A stretch of 64,000 nt of DNA from Rhizophagus irregularis (taxonomy: Eukaryota). The position numbers and the translations under genes are program-made. Location of the stretch: the NCBI RefSeq assembly GCF_026210795.1, contig NC_089429.1, positions 1,984,001 to 2,048,000 on the forward strand. The letters are read 5' to 3'. Below are positions 52,796-61,997 of the stretch, piece by piece (the first letter of the stretch is position 1; each line of letters starts with the position of its first letter). The notes under the pieces are model-generated. The model worked only from the letters and a program-made list of their open reading frames with translations. It had not been told where the DNA came from and searched no databases.

Positions 52796-55509
52796 ACGTA
52801 GTTATTTGAAATTGAAATATTTAGGATATAAAATTTATATTCGATTTTTTATATTTTTTATTTTTATTTTGAACTTTGTGAGAGATCAAGTATAATGTCA
52901 TAATTTTATTCTTACACATTTGATATGTTTGAAGATTTACAACTATTGTAGTAAAATTTTTTATGATTATAAATAAAGTATCGTCTTTTTTATTATTTAT
53001 TTATTATAGCAGTTATCTTGCAATTGCATAATATATTCTGCAAAAAATTAATTAATCATTCATTAAATGTTTTTCACGCCAAAGTCTCATCAGTTCATTA
53101 TGTTGACCACATGAAATACATAAATGAGTAACCGAATTTGTTCCAGGGGGAGATTAGCGAATGATGAAATGATATGCATCAAGGGTATTTAAGCGTTAAA
53201 ATATGAGAGTAAGAGAAATGAAAATTTTAATGTGATGGAGTAACGGCACAAAAATTTTACTTTGTGAGAGATCAAAGATAATGTTATAATGTTATTCTTG
53301 GGACATTTGATGGGAATATACGCTGGTGATCAAAATAATTGGAATAGTGAATGTAGAAAATGACTCTTTTAGACTGTTTCTAATGCATTTTACCCTTTTC
53401 TTTTTCCAAAAAAATATGCTCACACTGTAATAACGCTAAAAAAAACTTATTATACGAATTTTTTTAATAAATTTGATTATAAAATGTAAATAAGTATCGT
53501 CTTTTTTATTTATTATAGTACGTACTCATTCAACGAATATATTAAATTCGTAATAAAAAATGTTGATGTTTACAAAGATTCTATTTCGTCATTGGAATGT
53601 AAATCTGCCCTAATTATTATTACATAGTAGAATTTTTTATGACCTCATGACTAAAGATTTCTTTTTTGGTTAAGATTCTGATTTTGATTAATGGAATCAT
53701 GGAAACTGAACTCAGTTCTCGTTTAATAAAAAATTATCATAGGCACTGCGGTAGTTCTCTTGACTTTCCTGAAATGCCCATCATTGTGGCAAGATAGTTT
53801 CGAAGGTAATCATAGTACTCTACCTAGAGGGTACGGAGTAGATGTCAGAAATAATTGTACAAATATAAAGTGAGCCTTAATTGTTATCTAAATAAGCTAC
53901 CGTACTGATAAGCAATATAATATCCAGTTGAATTTATAATATTTCTTGGCAAGCTCAATCCTTTGGATAAATAGTATAAGCAACTATATCTTGTAAGGCC
54001 AGAAATAGTAGGGCCATGTTCTCTTAGTAAAATTCAGAGACAGAGCGTCAGAGTTATTATTAAGTTCTATTTTTCAGGCTAGTTACACAAAGTATAACAA
54101 TTTAATGATACAATGCAACTGTGACCTCTAGGTCACGGTCTCATAGTTATCGATATCCGCAGTTGATATCCGCAGAAGTCACATGATTTTCCGGAAAGAC
54201 AGTCTACATTCCTACCGATAAAGAAGTTACTACGAGATAATGGTACAATGCAACTGTGACCCATTAGTCCGTGGGACCTTCAAAGAAGTGAGAGTATCTC
54301 CTAAAACCTCTAGTTTAATAAGACCTTTGGTCTTATGGCAATGGCTAACATATATACGTGGAGACATGAAGCGTGGTATCATATGTTCTGCATATTGTTG
54401 TTATCGACAACTATCATTTTATAGTTTTTTACTCTCTATCTTTCTAGGAACGTAGTTCATAGTTTCTCAAGTTCTAGAAGGATTCTAGGGTCACGGTCTC
54501 ATAGTTGACTATCTTTGTATAACACAATATCTTTCTATTAACCGATAAGAACTAATAACCCGTTACTCGTCACTTGTGCATAGGTAAAATATCTAACTTC
54601 ATTTTCATGATCATTGTGTTCATACTATAACAATACCATAACAATAGATTTTTTACAGGCAACTTGCTGCGAGATGGTCTTCACAATAAATGTAATACAC
54701 AGTTATCGACAATAATTATAATAGTATGGGCAAAGCTTTCACTGGAGTCCAGAAGAATTTCGCAATACACTAGATACGTTAAGCATATCCCTTAATTAGA
54801 ACCAAATTGTTCAGCATAATTATCACTCGACTTTACCCACTATGTGCTGTATACAACTGATATTTAATTCAGAAAGAACAGTCATCGGGCTGGTAGTGTG
54901 TCTCGCTAGCGCTCACCCCACCTCGGCCACGGCCTCGCAGTACCTACATCCCCCTCCGTGGGGGTATGACTCCCCATATATCTGTCCATATCTGTCCCCA
55001 TATCTGTCCCATAAATATATAACCAAAAACCAGAAAACAATAGAAAAGGAAGCAAAAGAAGAGAGAATAAGAGGGGGGGGACAGATGGGACAAATGGGAC
55101 AGATATTTCAGAAATATAGGAAAGGACATCCCCCCAGAAAAAGTTTTATTTTTACCCCCAAAATGCGTCCCATCGGTCCCGTCTGTCCCAAAAAATCTGT
55201 CCCACATTTCTTAGCCTCCAATCGGCTTTTCGAACTGATAACAGGTAGGTCAGCGGGTAGGTTTATATCTTCGGTTAGCGGGTTGATTACTTTTATGTAA
55301 AGCGAACGCAGTGAGCAAGTAAGCGGGTAATCTGCACTTCTAACATACTCAGGTAAACATATTACTCTGACATGCAAGTATAATCCCTAGAAGGTCTGTA
55401 GAACCGCAGGAGGATAACCGGGTAGGAGCGCGGATCTTTGGAAAAAATACATTCGGCAATTGAAGATTAGGTAACTATAAATTAGTACTCGATTTGATAG
55501 AACGAAAAA

Positions 55510-57986
55510 ATGACCGCTCAAGCTCAAGTTATCCCTAAGTTCGGTGAACAAACGAAAGCCTTCAGTATCGATGAGCTTAAACGGCTTATTGTCGCTGCAA
55601 AGAGTATGAGTGACCTCGATCAAGCCAAGAGGTATCTTTGCAGTTATTTCATTCCCTGTGCAGATCCTCATGGGGTTTTCTGGTGGGACCCGGATAGTAA
55701 AAGTTTGAAACACGTTATTGACAAAAATATTGGTAAACTTATCCGTCCAATCACGAAGGCATTCTACACACAATCTGAACAAGGACCCTCTCAAAAGACC
55801 GAGTTCAACATCTACAAATGGTTTATGGTCGAGAATACCGATGTATGTAATGCAACCTGTGATCCCCATAAACAGCGAATCTTCAGATCCTTAACCGGCC
55901 AACTCTATCTAAATATCTTCCCGGGATTCCTCCACGTCTTACGTCCGATATCTACCTTTGAGTCTACAATTCACCTCGCGGTTAAATTTATCTTCTCTCA
56001 CATTCAGGGATATCTGGTGTTCGGGTGATTGGAATCTCACTGAGTATATCATCAAGTGGTTGGCCGGTGTATCTGCTGGAAGGAAGATGTACTCGATCCT
56101 TTACCTGAAATCTGGACAGGGTTGGGGCAAAGGTATTATAACAGATTTCATTCAGCGCAGCGTCCTAGGCACTCAACTCGTTTATAAGACCAGCGATCCT
56201 CAGACGATTCTTGGAAGTTTCAATGGGCAATTACAAGGTAAGATTCTTCCTCCTTCGAGGAAATGCCCACAGAAAAAAGCCAGTGGAATAATCTATATCG
56301 CTCTTTAAAAGATAAGGTAACGAGTGACATAATGGAAATCCATGAAAAATACAAGACGCCAACACATTACAAGAACTTTACGTCCACTATCATCCTAACC
56401 AACGAAAATGCTCTCAGAGTGGAGAATGATGATAGGCGCACAGTGTTCTTGGACGTGTCACCATCTCGCAAGGGAGACCTCAACTACTTCAAAAAACTCG
56501 GTGACGCTATGAAATACCCAGGCGCCAGTGAGGCATTCTATGCATACTTGAGAGCCATCGCGAATGCTTACCCGGACTTCAATGGAAATCCGCCACCTAT
56601 GACAACATCCAAACAGGAACATATCATCTCGACTCTTCCACCGCTATTCCAATTTATAAAGGACACATATCTCGTAATGAAAAATTATATGACCGACCTA
56701 CCTGTTCAAGAATTTTATAGGGTATATACTTCATATTGCGAAACTCATTGCATTTCACCCCTATCAAAGATAAATGCTTCTAGAATCCTATCAAATGAGT
56801 TAAATATAAATAGTGATCGAATGTATATTGATAAGAAGCGCACTCGAGTTTACAGCATATCCAGGGAGGACCTCTACAAGAAATTCCTCAGCAAAAACTG
56901 GATCCACGAAACAGACGAGATAGACATAGAAGGAATCGATATAGAGACTTCTAAAAAACCCGCATCAGATCCCAAAGCCTTAGAGAAGTTCTTGGCAAAT
57001 ATATATAATCCAGCCAACAATCCACAAGACGTACAAGAGAAACCCGCTGAGGAAAAACCCGCACCTGTAATTCGCAAGACTCCTCCACCGCTTCCACCCA
57101 AGCCTGATCACTTAAAAGAACGTCCACAAAAGTTAAGGGAAGAACAACCGGATCCCGATGAAGATACTAATGAGTCAGACACTGATAAACCTATAGATAG
57201 CTTCTCAGATTGTTATCTATCTGACGAGAACCTGACCAAGAAGAACTTACCCCTGAACCAGATGATGACTACGACGTTTTAGATGACTTGCTATCTGACT
57301 CAGATTTTACAACCGTGGACCCAACTCCTGAACAACAACTCGAGTCTCCCGCAGAATCTTCTGCATCTGTCACTAAGCCTGACCCAGAACCGGCTCCTGA
57401 AGAGCAATTTATCCCAGAACCCGACACAGAACCAGAAGTCGACCGGGATCCTGAACCAAAGGAAGGCACTCGAGCGCACTGGGCTTGGCATGAAAGACAC
57501 CGATGGGATCGCAAACCGTGGGTTAAAAATTCAAAGGACCAAACCTTCGATGATCTCTACAATACAGGTAAGGAATTATGGGCCAAGTACCAAGACGCGT
57601 CAGATGAATACGACTGGGAAATACTCGCATTTGAAGTAGAGGAATGTCCCACAACGCGTATTGAGGACGAGTACCAGTATTACCTTATGGAAGTAGTAGA
57701 CTGCTTCAAGGACTGGATCGAATATAATGGATACTTACCTAAAACACCTAGTCGTAAAGAACTCGCAGATTTAATAAGAGTATACAAGGATAATCGTGAT
57801 GCTGAAATTATCCCCACCCCCTCTGGTTATGAAACTATGAGGGCAGATAAGGGTAAAGCGCGAGAGATCCCCGAAGAACGTCCAAAAACCGATATGGAAC
57901 GTGAATGGGAAGCCGCCAATGGACTCATCGACGACTGGGATGAAGAGGATCTTGATCGTGTATGCAGCAAGATTGACTCCTTTTAA
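55510..57986 (+). CDS. SF3/D5-like helicase, three 1-nt indels in this copy
   Basis: Same motifs as copy 1; indels near 56008, 56250 and 57228. Confidence 0.82.
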
Positions 57987-58069
57987 TAAGATAAGCACTT
58001 CTTAGTTATCTTATATTTTTTGTATAAAAAACCTATATTACAACTGAACACAATTCATAAATACATCAA

Positions 58070-59923
58070 ATGGTTTATTCAGAGATTGTCCGTGCTTTAC
58101 CTACAAGACCGGATATTAAAGAATTACAGTATTCAGGCGCAAGATTTTCCAGAGGAGCAATAGCAAAACTTGGACAGCGACTCCAATTCCGGTATCCGAC
58201 ACATAAATTCCAGATCCTGCTCCCCTATGAAAACTGGAAACCCGGTGGATGGACATCAGGAAATCAACCAGCCAGTCTCCTCTCACTCTTGGACCACTAC
58301 GACGAAGCACAACTACCGGATGACGCAGACCCTGATTATTTTGAACGATTCATAATTTATGTGAGAGATGCCCCACCAGTTGCAGGGGGTTGCAACAGGC
58401 AGCTAAATGATTGCCTGTATGAATGCCTAAAATATATCTACGGCACATTCTCTAAAATGCCAAAGTCAATCGAAAAGCCCGAGTATATCAAAAAGGCATT
58501 AGGTCTCAATCGCGATGCTCCCATCCCAGTTTCATGCATGGACAAGGTTGAACAACTCGCAGGAAGTCTCGCAATTAATATTGTGGTTGACATTACCCGA
58601 ATCTCTAAGAGTAAGTCCGATAGATGTGTAACACTCATCCTATCAGAAGGCCATTACTCCCTCGCGTTAAATCCTGAAAGACTCCACCCCAGTAAAATAG
58701 ATAGAAAGCGTAATTTACCCATTGTATACCATGAAGATGGGACCAATAATGTAGTCACAATATACAACGGCAAAACGGTTAATTCTTGCACAATTGGGCA
58801 GTTTCAAAAAACTAAGAATTCCAAGAGTTTTTTCATCCCCGTCGAGAAAAACTGTAAGACTGGGGTATATGAAACTCTCGAAGAAACATATCAGAGAATC
58901 CACGAGGAGCGGAATTCCTTTCTACAGGAGACAAAGAAGTTCGGTTTAGGAATCGACTTATCATACCATAACTGGTCTTACAAAAGAACGGCTCTCTGGT
59001 TATTCGAACGATTAAGTGTAGGGATTCCGGCTAATGATCCTCTTGACCCGATAGAAGCAGAGTGGATAAGTGATGCAATGATGGGAGGATTAATCTGGGC
59101 AGATAACGAGTGGAAGGGCTATGGAAGACAGTACGACGCAACAAGTTTATACCCGAGTATCCAACAATCGAATGTGAACTTTCCAATCAGACGGGGTAAA
59201 TTCCAGACACTTAATGACTTTGTTGACCACAGGGGTTATGCCTTGTATGGATTATTTCGTGCTAAGGTAAGTGGAAATAATATTCTCTTCCGACAGAATA
59301 AAAGGGGAATCTATACATTCATCGACTTACAACGAGCAAAAAAACTTGGTCTCAATATACAGTTAATACAGGATGGGAAGCCAAATGCATTGATATATGA
59401 TAGACAAGCGAGAATCCCTGGAACTGTAATATTCGGTGAGTATGTACACTTCCTCTTCAAAATTAAAAACCAGGGTGGCATAGCTGGCCGCGTGGCAAAG
59501 CGAGTCCTCAACACATTATGGGGAGCATTATGCCAGAGGAAGCGTAATTACAAGACACTCACCACAGATCAAACAGACCCATTTACATTTCCAGAGGGCC
59601 ATATACTCGACTCTATCATACCAGTAGGATCTGACCAGTGGCAATTCCAGTTTACAAACCCGGGTAATCCCTTCAAAGGTGAGTATCCCAGGATCGCCCC
59701 ATTCTTATTAGCACGTGGTCGCAAAATCACATCTGAGGCAATTCAACCATACAAGGATAAAGTACGACGTATCCATACAGACGGATTTATTTTAGAAGAG
59801 CAGCCAGATAGCCCCGCGCTTTTCACTTGTTCAGAGAATGCAGATACGACTCTAAAGACTTTCAAGTTTGAAACCGCGGGATACTGCCATGTGAAAAATG
59901 CAAACAAGGTTATCTGGACATGA
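58070..59923 (+). CDS. Family-B DNA polymerase, compact
   Basis: YDATSLYPS, KRVLNTLWG, HTDG; three amino-acid differences from copy 1 seen. Confidence 0.88.
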   Translation: MVYSEIVRALPTRPDIKELQYSGARFSRGAIAKLGQRLQFRYPTHKFQILLPYENWKPGGWTSGNQPASLLSLLDHYDEAQLPDDADPDYFERFIIYVRDAPPVAGGCNRQLNDCLYECLKYIYGTFSKMPKSIEKPEYIKKALGLNRDAPIPVSCMDKVEQLAGSLAINIVVDITRISKSKSDRCVTLILSEGHYSLALNPERLHPSKIDRKRNLPIVYHEDGTNNVVTIYNGKTVNSCTIGQFQKTKNSKSFFIPVEKNCKTGVYETLEETYQRIHEERNSFLQETKKFGLGIDLSYHNWSYKRTALWLFERLSVGIPANDPLDPIEAEWISDAMMGGLIWADNEWKGYGRQYDATSLYPSIQQSNVNFPIRRGKFQTLNDFVDHRGYALYGLFRAKVSGNNILFRQNKRGIYTFIDLQRAKKLGLNIQLIQDGKPNALIYDRQARIPGTVIFGEYVHFLFKIKNQGGIAGRVAKRVLNTLWGALCQRKRNYKTLTTDQTDPFTFPEGHILDSIIPVGSDQWQFQFTNPGNPFKGEYPRIAPFLLARGRKITSEAIQPYKDKVRRIHTDGFILEEQPDSPALFTCSENADTTLKTFKFETAGYCHVKNANKVIWT

Positions 59924-59974
59924 TTGCTAAGAACTGGTAGGTTTATTTTTTACTGACATATCGTGATGGCATAA

Positions 59975-60511
59975 TTGAATAAACCTATGGGATATGTAAT
60001 CTTACGAGATACCCAAATGCAAAACACCGACGGATTAGGTAGACAAGACGACGAAAGTTTCCACACGTGGGCTAAGCGCATTCAGAATGCTGTGCAATAT
60101 TATGAGACTTGTAGTAGAATAGGTTTTCATAGGCGGCTACCTTATCCAAGGTCTCGTCAAGCTGTATATGCTTATATTGTGCACATTAGGAGAATAGTAT
60201 CACGACTACCAAATAAGTGGTACTGTACCTACTGTAAATCTTTTATTGATCGCGGATGGGGAGCCGACACTTCCATGGATCAAGCAGTACGACTACATTT
60301 ATATAGTTGTTCAAAGCATTTTAATTTCGACTATTATACTCATCATGCTGAAATGATCCAGAAAGCCTTTAGGAGATATATAGAAAGAAGGAACAATAAA
60401 GCGGCTAGGATTATCCAGAAAGTCGCTATCCCCTGGTTATATAGACCAGGCTCTCCATTGATACAAAAGGCCGAGCGACACTTCTACTGCCTTGCAGTAT
60501 CCCAAGTGTAA
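59975..60511 (+). CDS. IQ-motif/Zn-finger-like small protein (ATG likely at 59987 or 60017)
   Basis: As copy 1. Confidence 0.6.
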   Translation: MNKPMGYVILRDTQMQNTDGLGRQDDESFHTWAKRIQNAVQYYETCSRIGFHRRLPYPRSRQAVYAYIVHIRRIVSRLPNKWYCTYCKSFIDRGWGADTSMDQAVRLHLYSCSKHFNFDYYTHHAEMIQKAFRRYIERRNNKAARIIQKVAIPWLYRPGSPLIQKAERHFYCLAVSQV

Positions 60512-60593
60512 ACCCCGAGGTTCATACTTATTTTTTCTTATTTGAATGAACAGGTAACTGAAGATTTATATTTTTTACAAAGTACAAAGAATC

Positions 60594-61064
60594 ATGTCAA
60601 CATATACCGAATTCGCAAGCATTGTTAACAGCACTGACAGCACTAGTGAGGAGGTTATTTACGAGGCATCGTGCATTCAGCCTAATGTTGTCTCTGACGA
60701 AACTGTCCCCAAGATTATCCGCGCATTAAAAGATACTATAGTAGTCGCATTAGTATCTGGGTTTAGCAAAACCAGTTACCTCGTCCAGGACCACGTGAAG
60801 TATATCAAGCGAATCCAGACGGCAAATTCTCCTGTATCATATGTGAAGTTCGTGGCCAGAAAACTCTTCCCAGATAATGCGGCATATACTGCTAAGATAG
60901 CAAAAATCCGCGAATCATACAAGAATAAACAAGCTTTCCTAGATAAGCTTGAGGCCCTCTTCGAGTTGTATTATAATGTGACTAAGGACTCATCAACAGG
61001 TCCCCCAAAGCGAGCTGTCACTATGAATGAGGCTGAGAAAACCTTAGCAGAACTTCTTATATAA
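60594..61064 (+). CDS. Hypothetical 156-aa element protein (intact; hAT empty site)
   Basis: ATG..TAA, preceded by AACTGAAGAT; unduplicated CTGACAGC target. Confidence 0.7.
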   Translation: MSTYTEFASIVNSTDSTSEEVIYEASCIQPNVVSDETVPKIIRALKDTIVVALVSGFSKTSYLVQDHVKYIKRIQTANSPVSYVKFVARKLFPDNAAYTAKIAKIRESYKNKQAFLDKLEALFELYYNVTKDSSTGPPKRAVTMNEAEKTLAELLI

Positions 61065-61157
61065 GCGGTTTCTGTATGAATTTAGTTTATATTTTTTATC
61101 CATGTGTAATAGGCATACAGTAATTGAAGATAACTATAGTATAAGTAACATAACATC

Positions 61158-61562
61158 ATGTTGGACCGATTACCAGTAGAAATAGTCGAACGCATTATCG
61201 CAAAGATCCCGGATACTGACCTTATTGCAGTGAGTAAGGTAGATAGAGTGTGGTGGCAGGAAGTTCGTCGAGAGGCATATAAGAGGTGGAAAAATTATGC
61301 CACTATGATCGGGGATGTGTACTGTGAAATCCGAGCTCTTGGAAAGCATTATATAAAGAGGGAAATTGACTGGATAACGTTTGAAGATGTAAACGACCTC
61401 TATAAAAGATGGATAAACCGCCTTACCGAGGATCAGCTTTATATTATGGAGAAAATGCTTAGGAATGGGATGGTCATGGACCCCCAAGAGAGGGAAACCA
61501 TAGAGTATGCATTAAGTGAACAAAGATGGGGAGGCGATCCTTGGGGACTGGGAGTGGTATGA
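61158..61562 (+). CDS. F-box-domain protein
   Basis: As copy 1. Confidence 0.75.
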   Translation: MLDRLPVEIVERIIAKIPDTDLIAVSKVDRVWWQEVRREAYKRWKNYATMIGDVYCEIRALGKHYIKREIDWITFEDVNDLYKRWINRLTEDQLYIMEKMLRNGMVMDPQERETIEYALSEQRWGGDPWGLGVV

Positions 61563-61997
61563 ATGGACTCAACAGGAGTAAGCATTTTGTACTTGACTTT
61601 CGTAGGAATTACCCTGCAGAGTCATATTTTTTAGATCCGGCCGGCATTACCGCGTAATCCCGAATTACCGAAAAAGGAAATTTATGTTACACAAGATTCC
61701 AAACGCATTTTTACCAAAATCGATTTTTTGTGGAACGGGTATCGCCCAAAAAGGAAACGATCTACGTACCGCATGAAATCACGTGACACTCTACACATTT
61801 GTTCAGGGTATCACGTGACATGAACTCCGTTCACATTTTCTGTAATATAATCCATAGTTTTTCCATGAATGCTTTTTAGGCCAATAATCCAATAACTTAT
61901 TCATCAGGTATCCTCGTGTTTCGCGACAAGGACTGATGACCATGTAACCTCGTCATCAGGCATCCTCGCATTTTTTGACAAGGACTGATAAGGACTG

